NCBI GenBank assembly: GCA_038249115.1
Contig: JBBRWQ010000003.1
Span: forward strand, 12,375-76,374
Reading direction: 5' to 3'
Length of the DNA: 64,000 bases
Source: Actinomycetales bacterium
Lineage (GTDB): Bacteria > Actinomycetota > Actinomycetes > Actinomycetales > Dermatophilaceae
The notes beneath the pieces were generated by a model that had not been told where the DNA came from, ran no database searches, and saw only the letters and a program-made list of their open reading frames with translations. The position numbers were made by a program, and so were the translations under genes. Position 1 is the stretch's first letter; every line of letters begins with the position of its first letter. This document shows, one piece after another, positions 1 through 9,185 of this stretch.

Positions 1-234
1 CCAGTGGCGGCAATGACAGAAGTGCGAAGAACCCGGCCTCTGAAGCGAGGCCGGTCACGCGGTACCGCATGCAGATACGGATGGTCTCGAGCAGGAGCCG
101 GGTCAGCGACAGTGCTCCGGGCACCCGTGACACCTGGGCGCGAATGCGCGCTCTTGGGCTCATCGACGAGTCTGCCCGGCGGATCCGGCCTGATGGGGGT
201 CCGCGGCTGATGTCACCCGTCTACGGTAACTGGG

Positions 235-1893
235 GTGAGCACCCATGAGGTCACCAACCAGTCCCCGCCGCTGAGCGGGTACAACGTCGTCTCGGCCGAT
301 CCCGCCCTGTTCGAGGGCCTGGAGCGCTGGGGCAACGAGCAGGACCTGGTCGGGCTCAAGGCGCTGGGCGATCTGGCTGGAGGTGTCGAGGCGCAGGCCT
401 GGGGGGACCAGGCAGATCGCAACCTCCCTGTCCTGCAGACGCATTCTCCGCAAGGCGACAGGATCGACGAGGTGGACTACCACCCGGCCTGGCACCTGCT
501 GATGTCCACTGCGGTGTCCAACGGCCTGACCGCCGAGCCGTGGACCAGGCGGGCCGGCACTGGTGCCCACGTCCGCCGTGCAGTCGGTTTCGTCGCCTGG
601 TCGCAGGTCGAGGCGGGCCACATGTGCCCGGTGTCCATGTCATATGCCGCAGTCCCCGCCCTCCAGTCCAACGTCGACCTCTCCGGCATCTGGACTCCCC
701 TGCTCGCCTCCCGCGAATACGACTTCGGGCTGCGGCCCAACGCGGCCAAGAGCGGAGCCATCGCAGGGATGGGCATGACCGAGAAGCAGGGCGGCTCGGA
801 CCTGCGCAGCAACACGACCGTGGCCGTGGCTGTGCCAGATGGTCCGGTCGCGGGAGGGCAGACCTACCAGCTCACCGGGCACAAGTGGTTCTGCTCCGCG
901 CCGATGAGCGACATGTTCCTGATCCTCGGACAGGCTCCGGCCGGGCCGACCTGCTTCGTGGTTCCCCGCATCCTGGATGACGGAACCCGCAACACCTTCG
1001 AGGTGCAGCGGCTCAAGGACAAGCTGGGCAACCGGTCCAACGCCTCGGCCGAGATCGAGCTGGACACCACCTGGGGCGTTCGGCTCGGCGAGGAGGGCCG
1101 TGGGATCCGCACCATCCTGGACATGGTCGCCGCGACCCGGCTCGACTGCGTCCTGGGCTCCTCGGCGACGATGCGCCAGGCTCTCGTCCGCGGTATCCAT
1201 CACACCCGTCATCGCGTGGCCTTCGGCAGCGCGCTGGTCGACCAGCCGTTGATGCGCAACGTCCTGATGGACCTGGCCCTTGAGTCCGAGGCGGCCACCA
1301 CACTGGGCCTGCGGCTGGCTGCGGCGGTCGACCAGGGCGATACCGCGTTCTCCCGTCTGGCGGTCGCGGTCGGCAAGTACTGGGTCTGCAAGCGCACGGC
1401 ACCGATGGTGGCCGAGGCGCTGGAATGCCTGGGTGGCAACGGCATCGTCGAGGAGAACGGACTTGCCCGGCTGTATCGCGAAGCCCCCGTGAACTCCGTC
1501 TGGGAGGGCTCCGGCAACGTCGTGGCCCTTGACGTCCTGCGGGCGCTGACCCGCGAGCCAGAGTCGGCGGCGGCCTTCACTGCTGAGCTCCAGCTCGCTC
1601 GCGGAGCTGACCACCGGCTCGATACTGCGGTCACGAGCGCGGTTGCGGCCCTGCAGAACGCTGCTGGTTCCTCCGGTCCCACGGCCGCGCAGTCTGGCGC
1701 CCGGGCGTTGGTCGAACAGCTCGCCACCACCCTGCAGGCCTGCCTTCTGACCCGTTTCGCACCGTCATACGTCTCGGAGGCATTCATCGCGAGCCGTCTC
1801 GGCGGGTCCCACGGGCACACGTTCGGCACCCTGCCTGGCGATCTGGTCGAAGCGTCGGCCGAGAGGGTGATCGAGCGGGCGTTTCCGGCCTGA
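235..1893 (+). CDS. Acyl-CoA dehydrogenase family protein, AidB-like
   Basis: 552-aa ORF with a GTG start. The N-terminus THEVTNQSPPLSGYN and the overall length and sequence are typical of AidB-like acyl-CoA dehydrogenases. Confidence 0.8.
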   Translation: MSTHEVTNQSPPLSGYNVVSADPALFEGLERWGNEQDLVGLKALGDLAGGVEAQAWGDQADRNLPVLQTHSPQGDRIDEVDYHPAWHLLMSTAVSNGLTAEPWTRRAGTGAHVRRAVGFVAWSQVEAGHMCPVSMSYAAVPALQSNVDLSGIWTPLLASREYDFGLRPNAAKSGAIAGMGMTEKQGGSDLRSNTTVAVAVPDGPVAGGQTYQLTGHKWFCSAPMSDMFLILGQAPAGPTCFVVPRILDDGTRNTFEVQRLKDKLGNRSNASAEIELDTTWGVRLGEEGRGIRTILDMVAATRLDCVLGSSATMRQALVRGIHHTRHRVAFGSALVDQPLMRNVLMDLALESEAATTLGLRLAAAVDQGDTAFSRLAVAVGKYWVCKRTAPMVAEALECLGGNGIVEENGLARLYREAPVNSVWEGSGNVVALDVLRALTREPESAAAFTAELQLARGADHRLDTAVTSAVAALQNAAGSSGPTAAQSGARALVEQLATTLQACLLTRFAPSYVSEAFIASRLGGSHGHTFGTLPGDLVEASAERVIERAFPA

Positions 1894-1976
1894 CCCTCCG
1901 GTGGTGTCCTGAGTCAGACTAAACAGGACAGAATAGGTGTTCACACAGGGACGACTCGCGACTGCATAAGGACTAC

Positions 1977-4181
1977 ATGACCATCTGGCCCGGCCATCCC
2001 TACCCTCTCGGGGCACGGTTCAACGGCCAAGGAGTCAACTTCGCGCTGTTCTCCGAGGTTGCCGAAAAAGTCGAGGTCTGCCTGATTGCGGACGATGGCA
2101 CCGAGACGCGGGTCGAGCTGACCGAGGTGGACGGGCATGTGTGGCACGGCTTCATCCCGGCGATCGAGCCTGGCCAGCGCTATGGCTTCCGGGTTCACGG
2201 CCCGTTCGACATCGCCAACGGTCATCGGTGCAACCCCGCAAAGCTGTTGCTGGACCCCTATGCCAAGGCCATCGACGGCCAGATCGACGGCGACGACTCT
2301 CTCTACTCCTACCATCTCAAGGACCGCGCGACGTTCAATGACGCGGACTCACTGGGCCACACCATGCTGTCCGTTGTCATCAACCCGTTCTTTGACTGGG
2401 GCCACGACCGCCCGCCACGTCACGAGTATCACGACAGCATCATCTACGAGGCTCACGTCAGGGGCCTGACGATGACCCACCCCGACGTCCCCGAGGCCAT
2501 CCGTGGGACCTACGCCGCGATCGCCCACCAGTCGATCATCGACCACCTGGTCAGCCTCGGCGTGACTGCCATCGAGCTGATGCCGGTGCACCAGTTCGTC
2601 CAGGACGCGACACTTCAGGCCCAGGGAAAGACGAACTACTGGGGCTACAACACCATCGGCTTCCTGGCTCCGCATGCGGCCTATGCCGCAACCGGGTCCC
2701 GCGGACAGCAGGTCACCGAGTTCAAGGCCATGGTGAAGGCGCTGCACGAAGCCCACATCGAGGTGATTCTCGACGTGGTCTACAACCACACCGCAGAGGG
2801 CAACGAGAACGGCCCGACCATCGCCTTCCGCGGCATCGACAACGCCTCCTACTACCGTCTCGTCGACGACGACAAGTCGAAATACTACGACACGACGGGC
2901 ACCGGCAACAGCCTGCTGATGCGCAACCCCCATGTCCTGCAGCTGATCATGGACTCGCTGCGCTACTGGGTCACCGAGATGCATGTCGACGGGTTCCGCT
3001 TCGACCTGGCGGCGACTCTGGCCCGCCAGTTCCATGAGGTGGACCGGCTCTCGGCGTTCTTCGACATCATCCAGCAAGATCCGGTGATCTCTCAGGTCAA
3101 GCTCATCGCCGAGCCCTGGGACCTCGGCGACGGCGGATACCAGGTCGGCAACTTCCCACCTCTATGGACCGAGTGGAACGGCAAGTTCCGCGACACGGTG
3201 CGCGACTTCTGGCGCGGTGAGGCTGCCTCGCTGGGCGAGTTCGCTTCTCGGCTCACCGGATCCAGCGATCTCTATGCGCATTCGGCCAGACGCCCGATCG
3301 CCTCGATCAACTTCGTGATCGCCCACGACGGTTTCACCTTGCGCGACCTCGTCTCATACAACGACAAGCACAACGACGCCAACGGCGAAGACGGGAAGGA
3401 CGGCGAGAACCACAACCGGTCCTGGAACTGCGGGGTCGAGGGCGAGACAAAAGACGTGGCCATCAACACGCTGCGTCGGCAACAGCAGCGCAACTTCCTG
3501 ACCACCCTGCTGCTCAGCCAGGGCGTCCCGATGATCGCCCATGGCGACGAGATCGGCAGGACCCAGCGCGGTAACAACAACGTCTACTGCCAGGACAACG
3601 ACCTGGCCTGGATCGACTGGGCGCTTGCAGAGAGTGAGAGCGACCTGCTCGCCTTCACCAGCGCGGTGGTCGCACTGCGCAAGAAGCACAACGTATTCCG
3701 TCGCCGCCGCTTCTTCGCCGGCGACGCCGCCCACGGCGGAAAGAGCGCTCTCGGAGACATCGAGTGGTTTTCCTCGGGTGGCGCTGAGATGGACGAGCTC
3801 GACTGGCGCAACGGCTATGCCCGCACCCTCATGGTCTTCCTGAACGGCCAGGCCATCCGTGAGCCTGATATCCACGGGGAACGCATCGTCGACTCGGACT
3901 TCCTGATGCTGTTCAACGCCCACAGCGACCCCGTCGACTTCGTGCTACCGCCCAAGCGTTACGGCACCACGTGGCGGATCAGACTGGACACCACCGAGGA
4001 CGGTCCGCCCAGCGACTATCCGCGGGACTGGCGTGCCGCAACGACGCAGTCGGTCGTCGGCCGGTCCATCGTGGTGCTCGAATCAGTTCCCGACGCCCAG
4101 CCCCCGGCCACCAAAGTGCCGGCCGTCAGGGTGCGAAAGCGCAAGCCGCCGCTCGAGGGACTCCAGATCGTTGAGGCCTAG
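1977..4181 (+). CDS. glgX: Glycogen debranching enzyme GlgX (GH13)
   Basis: 734-aa ORF with GH13 motifs [21 protein letters not shown] and [10 protein letters not shown]. The N-terminus [14 protein letters not shown] is typical of GlgX. Confidence 0.9.
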   Translation: MTIWPGHPYPLGARFNGQGVNFALFSEVAEKVEVCLIADDGTETRVELTEVDGHVWHGFIPAIEPGQRYGFRVHGPFDIANGHRCNPAKLLLDPYAKAIDGQIDGDDSLYSYHLKDRATFNDADSLGHTMLSVVINPFFDWGHDRPPRHEYHDSIIYEAHVRGLTMTHPDVPEAIRGTYAAIAHQSIIDHLVSLGVTAIELMPVHQFVQDATLQAQGKTNYWGYNTIGFLAPHAAYAATGSRGQQVTEFKAMVKALHEAHIEVILDVVYNHTAEGNENGPTIAFRGIDNASYYRLVDDDKSKYYDTTGTGNSLLMRNPHVLQLIMDSLRYWVTEMHVDGFRFDLAATLARQFHEVDRLSAFFDIIQQDPVISQVKLIAEPWDLGDGGYQVGNFPPLWTEWNGKFRDTVRDFWRGEAASLGEFASRLTGSSDLYAHSARRPIASINFVIAHDGFTLRDLVSYNDKHNDANGEDGKDGENHNRSWNCGVEGETKDVAINTLRRQQQRNFLTTLLLSQGVPMIAHGDEIGRTQRGNNNVYCQDNDLAWIDWALAESESDLLAFTSAVVALRKKHNVFRRRRFFAGDAAHGGKSALGDIEWFSSGGAEMDELDWRNGYARTLMVFLNGQAIREPDIHGERIVDSDFLMLFNAHSDPVDFVLPPKRYGTTWRIRLDTTEDGPPSDYPRDWRAATTQSVVGRSIVVLESVPDAQPPATKVPAVRVRKRKPPLEGLQIVEA

Positions 4182-5062
4182 GTCGCAGCCAGCCGCGCCT
4201 TCTCAGCTTCGACGTCAAAGGCCGCGGGTGGCCACTGCGGCGCCATCACTCGCAGGTGCTCAACCACCAGCTGCTGGACCGCCAGACGGGCGTACCACTT
4301 GCGGTCCGCCGGGATGACGAACCAGGGGGCGTCTTCGGTCGAGCACTTCTCGATGGCCACCTGGTAGGCCTCCTGGTACGCCGGCCACAGCGCGCGTTCG
4401 TCCACGTCGGCCGGATTGTACTTCCAGTGCTTGTCCGGACGATCGAGACGCTCGCTCAGACGCGCCTTCTGCTCGTCGCGGGAGATGTGCAGCATGACCT
4501 TGACGATGGTGGTTCCAGCCTGGGTCACGGAGTGCTCGAAGGTGTTGATCTGCCCATAGCGACGGCCCCAGGTTGCGGGCGGAACCAGGTTGCGGACTCG
4601 TGCGATCAGGACGTCCTCGTAGTGCGAACGGTCGAAGACACCGATCTGGCCCGGGCGCGGCAAGGCGTTGCGGATCCGCCAGAGGAAGGGGTGCGCTTGT
4701 TCCTCCATGGTCGGTGCCTTGAACGCGGTGTAGCTCACGCCCTGGGGATCGACCGAGCCCACGACGTGACGCATGATGCCGCCTTTGCCCGAGGTGTCCA
4801 TCCCCTGCACCACCAGCAGCAGCGCTCTTGTGCCGCCGACCCTGGACTCGGCATACAGCCGCTCTTGCAGGTCACCAAGCTCACGGACCGTCTCGGCCAG
4901 GAACTCGGCGCCGGCCGCCTTGTCCCCCTTGTAGTCCGGCGTCGAACGCGGGTCACGGTCCGCCAGCACAAAGCCGTTGCCAGCCGCCAGCGCTTGCGTG
5001 AAGGACCCTGACCGGTCCGCCTTGCCTGACATGTTCTTCGCCTTCTTCTTGCTCTTGGCCAT
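4178..5062 (-). CDS. ppk2: Polyphosphate kinase 2 family protein
   Basis: Motifs VVQGMDTSGKGG (P-loop-like) and FDRSHYEDVL. Start placed at MAKSKKK (ATG 5062), because the longer track ORF would run into the divergent neighbour. Confidence 0.85.
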   Translation of the reverse strand: MAKSKKKAKNMSGKADRSGSFTQALAAGNGFVLADRDPRSTPDYKGDKAAGAEFLAETVRELGDLQERLYAESRVGGTRALLLVVQGMDTSGKGGIMRHVVGSVDPQGVSYTAFKAPTMEEQAHPFLWRIRNALPRPGQIGVFDRSHYEDVLIARVRNLVPPATWGRRYGQINTFEHSVTQAGTTIVKVMLHISRDEQKARLSERLDRPDKHWKYNPADVDERALWPAYQEAYQVAIEKCSTEDAPWFVIPADRKWYARLAVQQLVVEHLRVMAPQWPPAAFDVEAEKARLAAT

Positions 5063-5143
5063 GAGGACGATGGTTGCATCACACCGTCCTGGGCGCGACC
5101 TTTTGGCGGGCGACAGAGACGTCTGGGTGGAAGGATGGCGCCC

Positions 5144-5914
5144 ATGCGCGTGCTCCTGGCCCTGGACGACCTTGGCCGTTGGGCCCCCGGCCACGAGGGG
5201 ACGATGGACTCCGAGGCGTTGGCACTGGCCTATGCCTACCCAGAGCCCACCGGCTCACAGACCTGGGTCAGGGCCAACTTCATCTCGTCGCTGGACGGCG
5301 CCGCAACCGGCGGCGACGGGCGGTCCGGCTCCCTCAACACCGGTGCGGATCGAGACGTGTACGCACTGCTGAGGGCGTTGTCCGACGTGATCCTGGTTGG
5401 TGCAGGAACGGCTCGCATCGAGGGCTACCGCCGAGCCACGGTCCGGGCGCCGTGGCTGGGACAACGCGCGGGTCGACCGGCGCATCCGACGACTGCGGTC
5501 GTGAGCCGCTCTGCCGACATCCCGCCCCGACTGAGCCAGGCCCGCGAGAACTCCGGCGAGATCCTGTTGTTCACCTGCACCCGGGCGGGCGATGAGGCGA
5601 TCGACCTCGCCCGGGGGACGCTGGGCGAGTCGAACGTCATCGTCGAGGGAGACGAGAGCGTCGACCTACCGGCAGCGCTGGACGCCCTGGCTGAGCGAGG
5701 GCTGCGTCGGGTCCTGTGCGAGGGCGGTCCTCACCTCATGGGTGACCTCACAGCCGCGGGTCGGCTCGACGAGCTCTGTCTGACCCTGGCTCCGACGCTG
5801 GTCGCCGGGGACCACCCTCGGATCACCGCTGGCGACTCTGTGGCGCTGAACCTGTTGCCACGACTACTGATTGAGTCTCAGGGAACGATCCTCGGGCGCT
5901 GGTCGCGGACCTAG
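5144..5914 (+). CDS. Pyrimidine reductase / RibD C-terminal domain family protein
   Basis: Motifs FISSLDGAATG..GRSGSLN and LRALSDVILVGAGTARIEGY are typical of the RibD_C/DHFR-like fold. Start uncertain: ATG at 5135, 5144 or 5204. Confidence 0.7.
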   Translation: MRVLLALDDLGRWAPGHEGTMDSEALALAYAYPEPTGSQTWVRANFISSLDGAATGGDGRSGSLNTGADRDVYALLRALSDVILVGAGTARIEGYRRATVRAPWLGQRAGRPAHPTTAVVSRSADIPPRLSQARENSGEILLFTCTRAGDEAIDLARGTLGESNVIVEGDESVDLPAALDALAERGLRRVLCEGGPHLMGDLTAAGRLDELCLTLAPTLVAGDHPRITAGDSVALNLLPRLLIESQGTILGRWSRT

Positions 5915-7083
5915 CCGGTGAGGAAGTCCCGGACGACGGCGTCCCATCGCTCGGGGTCAACATTCCACTCCTTCGTATGCCGCGCCTCGCGCCATGGCTC
6001 GAAGCGCACCAGGTCAGGGCGTTTGGCGGCCAGGGAAACCGACGGCCCCACGGGAACGAACTCGTCGTCCACCGAGTGGATGAGCAGGGTGCGGTGTTTC
6101 AGCTCGTCGGCGCGGTGCTCCCAGTTGGTCAGGGCTACGTCGAGAGGCTCGTGCACCCCCACCAGGCGGCGTGCCCATCGACGGCCGATCAAAGCGCGGC
6201 TCAGGCTCTCGATCGGGCCGGGGATCTTGTTCAACCCACCGTGGTGACGCAGCACGTCGGCCCAGTCGATGACCGGCGCGTCCAGGACCACGGCCGTGAC
6301 GTGGTCCGCGAGCCATGAGCGGTCAAGGGTCTGCAGGATGATGGCAGCGCCCATGGACCACCCGAACAGAACGATCTCCCGTGCGCCCTCGCCGACGGCA
6401 TACAGCAGTGCATCCTCGAGATCTCGCCACTCCGAAAGCCCCAGGCTGTATCTGCCGTCCGAACTGGGCGGCGCGCCGATGTCGTTGCGGTACAGGGGAA
6501 TCAGGGCCGTGTAGCCGAGCTCGTGAAGCACCGGGACAGCCCTCAGGCACTCCTCACGCCGGGCGCCCCTGCCGTGGACGAGAATCGCCCAGCGGCCTGT
6601 CGTGATGTCCGCTGCCGGAACCTCCCACGCTGCCAGGGACCCGATCTCTGCGGCGATCTCCACGTCACGGGACGGCAGTCCCAATGCATCCGCAGGGGCA
6701 CCCCCGAAGTAGTACTGGTTCCACCGCGCGGGACCGACGCGAAGCTCGCCGGCGTCCACGCCCTCGAGCACCCGCCGGACGAACCTGGCCCCCTCATCGA
6801 TCTCGAGCACCGCGCCCACCCTGGCGTGGCCGTGGCCGCCCTCAAGCCAGAGCCCGTACCGGCCGGGCTGGGCTGACTCGGAGGTCAGCCGCAGGGTCAC
6901 GCTGTCTTCGTGGACTGCCAGTATCTCGATGTCGTCCGGCTTGAGCCGGTCAGGAGTCAGCACCCTGCGTGCGAGATACGTTGCCAAACCGACGGATCCG
7001 ACCGCCGACAGGGCAGCCGCCGCGGTGCCTGCAGCCGCGGCCACCACGAGACTCGTGCGTTGGAACTGACGTTGTGACGACAC
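5911..7083 (-). CDS. Alpha/beta hydrolase with N-terminal membrane anchor
   Basis: Nucleophile elbow GWSMGA, N-terminal hydrophobic segment, and a C-terminal D/H region (HSVDDEFVP...RHTKEW). Confidence 0.75.
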   Translation of the reverse strand: MSSQRQFQRTSLVVAAAAGTAAAALSAVGSVGLATYLARRVLTPDRLKPDDIEILAVHEDSVTLRLTSESAQPGRYGLWLEGGHGHARVGAVLEIDEGARFVRRVLEGVDAGELRVGPARWNQYYFGGAPADALGLPSRDVEIAAEIGSLAAWEVPAADITTGRWAILVHGRGARREECLRAVPVLHELGYTALIPLYRNDIGAPPSSDGRYSLGLSEWRDLEDALLYAVGEGAREIVLFGWSMGAAIILQTLDRSWLADHVTAVVLDAPVIDWADVLRHHGGLNKIPGPIESLSRALIGRRWARRLVGVHEPLDVALTNWEHRADELKHRTLLIHSVDDEFVPVGPSVSLAAKRPDLVRFEPWREARHTKEWNVDPERWDAVVRDFLTG

Positions 7084-7114
7084 GTAGGCATCGTCGCAGG
7101 TTCACAATGCAGAC

Positions 7115-8176
7115 GTGGACCTACCTATCACTCTCCCGGTCACGCCCATGCTGGCCAAGGCCGTCCCCAGTGTGCCGGCGCATGACTCCGTCGCAGGAGG
7201 GCTGTCCTATGAGCCGAAGTGGGACGGCTTCCGGTGCATCGTGCTGCGCGACGGCGACGAGGTGCAGCTAGCCAGCCGCGGCTCCAAACCCCTGACACGG
7301 TACTTCCCGGAGCTGGTCGCAGCGGTCCTCGAGCATCTGCCGCAGAGATGCGCCATCGACGCCGAAATCGTTCTCCGCAAAGGTCTTCCGGGAGCAGAGC
7401 GCCTCGACTGGGAGAGCCTGTCCCAGCGCATTCACCCAGCAGACTCCCGCGTCCAGAGGCTCGCGCGGGAGACTCCCGCTGAGCTGGTCTGCTTCGATAT
7501 CCTGGCCCTCGGCGACGAGGACCTGACCCCACTGCCGTTCGGCCTGCGCCGCGAGCGGCTGGAGTCTGTGCTGTCAGCCATTCAGCCCGACGCACCCGTG
7601 CACCTGACCCGGACCACCACCGACGCCGTCCTCGCCCAGGACTGGTTCGAGCGGTTCGAGGGTGCCGGTCTCGACGGCGTCGTGGCCAAGGATCTCGCGG
7701 CGCCCTACCAGCAGGGCAGACGCGTGATGCTCAAGATCAAGCACTCCAGAACGGCCGAAACAGTGGTCGTGGGCTACCGAATCCACAAGTCTGGCAACGG
7801 TGTTGGCTCACTGCTCCTTGGTCTGTATGACGAACTCGGAACCCTCTATAACGTCGGCGGGATCTCGGCCTTCACCGACGTGCGCCGCCTCGCGCTGGTC
7901 GATGAACTGGCACCGCTCGTGGTGACCGACGACCAGGGAGATGCGGTCCGGGGATCAACCGAGCGCTCGCGGTTCAGCAGCAACAAGGACATGAGCTTCG
8001 TCAGGCTGCGCCCGGAGCGCGTGGTCGAGGTCAAGTTCGACCAGATGGAGGGTTCACGTTTTCGCCACTCGGTGACCTTCTTGCGCTGGCGCCCCGACCG
8101 CGACCCGGAGTCCTGCGCCGCGGCCCAGGTCGACCGTCCCATCGCCTACGACCTCGAGGGCGTGCTCCAACGCTGA
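7115..8176 (+). CDS. ligC: ATP-dependent DNA ligase, LigC-type
   Basis: 353 aa. Adenylation motif I EPKWDGFRC, followed by nucleotidyltransferase and OB-domain-sized regions. Size matches stand-alone LigC. Confidence 0.85.
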   Translation: MDLPITLPVTPMLAKAVPSVPAHDSVAGGLSYEPKWDGFRCIVLRDGDEVQLASRGSKPLTRYFPELVAAVLEHLPQRCAIDAEIVLRKGLPGAERLDWESLSQRIHPADSRVQRLARETPAELVCFDILALGDEDLTPLPFGLRRERLESVLSAIQPDAPVHLTRTTTDAVLAQDWFERFEGAGLDGVVAKDLAAPYQQGRRVMLKIKHSRTAETVVVGYRIHKSGNGVGSLLLGLYDELGTLYNVGGISAFTDVRRLALVDELAPLVVTDDQGDAVRGSTERSRFSSNKDMSFVRLRPERVVEVKFDQMEGSRFRHSVTFLRWRPDRDPESCAAAQVDRPIAYDLEGVLQR

Positions 8177-8259
8177 GGGGATCACCCATTCAGGCCTGTG
8201 GGGTCTGCCCGTTCCCGTCCCACGAGCTTTCACCAGTTGACGTAGTCTCCTGACGCACC

Positions 8260-8300
8260 ATAGGTCTGGCTATATGGCAATTGTCGGGAAATAGGTCTAG
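8260..8300. repeat. Direct repeat ATAGGTCTGG / ATAGGTCTAG (8260-8269 and 8291-8300), 31 bp start to start
   Basis: Read directly from the sequence; 9 of 10 positions identical. Lies in an AT-richer non-coding stretch. Confidence 0.8.
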
Positions 8301-8320
8301 ACAAGGTGAACAACCTTGTC
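8300..8320. promoter_or_regulatory. Inverted repeat GACAAGGT-GAACA-ACCTTGTC (candidate operator)
   Basis: Perfect 8-bp arms seen in the sequence, immediately upstream of the small ORF region. No binding protein is known. Confidence 0.35.
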
Positions 8321-8379
8321 GCCCCATGAGCGGTGGCAGGAGCATGTACCGAGTTCGCCTCACCGAAGGAGAACGGATC

Positions 8380-8553
8380 ATGAGCACGATCTTGCCCGAC
8401 GCGGCGCCAGCAGGCATGACCGTCACCGAGCACGTCGGTGAGGCGTTACGACTGATCCAGCCCCCAGACGGCGACCGCGAACGCGTCACCGAGCAGTTGA
8501 CGGAGTTCTACGCCTGGTCCGAAGCCGAGGCCGACGTCGAAGCCACGGCATAG
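8380..8553 (+). CDS. Hypothetical small acidic protein (57 aa)
   Basis: ATG 8380 is preceded by GAAGGAGA at a good RBS spacing. An alternative in-frame ATG lies at 8326. No recognisable family. Confidence 0.4.
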   Translation: MSTILPDAAPAGMTVTEHVGEALRLIQPPDGDRERVTEQLTEFYAWSEAEADVEATA

Positions 8554-8681
8554 GCCACACCCTGCAGTAGTCGGGCAGACAAGTCGGCCCCGGCCGGGGA
8601 AAATCACCGACCAGGGCCTGGACCGGGGCGCCGTCGGGGGGGTGAGGCGGAACCGGTCCTAACCCCTAGTTCACCCCGAAA

Positions 8682-8721
8682 GTATGCATTTGGTCAAGAC
8701 CAAGGTATGCAGTTGGTAAAG
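8682..8721. repeat. Two 17-bp iterons GTATGCAtTTGGTcAAG / GTATGCAgTTGGTaAAG, 23-bp period
   Basis: Read directly (8682-8698 and 8705-8721); 15 of 17 positions identical. AT-richer than the surroundings. Confidence 0.8.
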
Positions 8722-8747
8722 AACTCGATCTCCGGGTCACTGGACAC

Positions 8748-8779
8748 CGCCATTCTGAGCACGTTTTCGGCTCGGATGG
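8748..8779. repeat. Direct repeat copy A, an orphan copy of the prim-pol 3' end
   Basis: cgccattctgagcacgttttcggctcggatgg matches 9197-9228 at 30 of 32 positions. Confidence 0.85.
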
Positions 8780-8889
8780 CCTTTCTCGCCGCGCGGCCGT
8801 GACGGTCACGCCACGATGACAACCGAGAGCGCGGTCCCTGTGCCCGATCTGTTGTTCCCGTGAGACTCCGGAAGGGGCAGACTGAGGGC

Positions 8890-9159
8890 ATGACCTCCAC
8901 AACCTGCCCGAGCTGGTGCTACTCCGAGCATCCCGGCGAGGAAACCGAACCGATCAGACACTACGGGCCGCACTGGCCACCCCTGCGCGGCGAAGGTTCT
9001 TTCTCGGCCGATGTGGCTGCCATGAAGAACGAGCACGGAGACGTCGGCGTGTTTGTTTCTGCCGACCATGAGGAGTTCCTCACGCCGTTGCAGGCACGAT
9101 CGGTCGCTCGCGCGTTGCTTGCGGCCGCGGACTGGGTGGAGGACAGCCGCAACACCTGA
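8890..9159 (+). CDS. Hypothetical small Cys/His protein (TCPSWC...H N-terminus)
   Basis: 89 aa starting MTSTTCPSWCYSEHPGEE. From memory it resembles small CPxWC proteins common in actinobacterial prophages and plasmids; not verified. Confidence 0.55.
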   Translation: MTSTTCPSWCYSEHPGEETEPIRHYGPHWPPLRGEGSFSADVAAMKNEHGDVGVFVSADHEEFLTPLQARSVARALLAAADWVEDSRNT

Positions 9160-9185
9160 CAGAACCCGGACAGATGACGCCGGTA

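Noticed and set aside
1-234. Short ORFs (4-210 plus strand, 160-621 and 213-422 minus strand) and a CCGGCCTC/GAGGCCGG hairpin at 32-53
   Set aside because: The ORFs have no family similarity and overlap each other. The hairpin lacks a U-tract, and the gene upstream of it lies outside the window.
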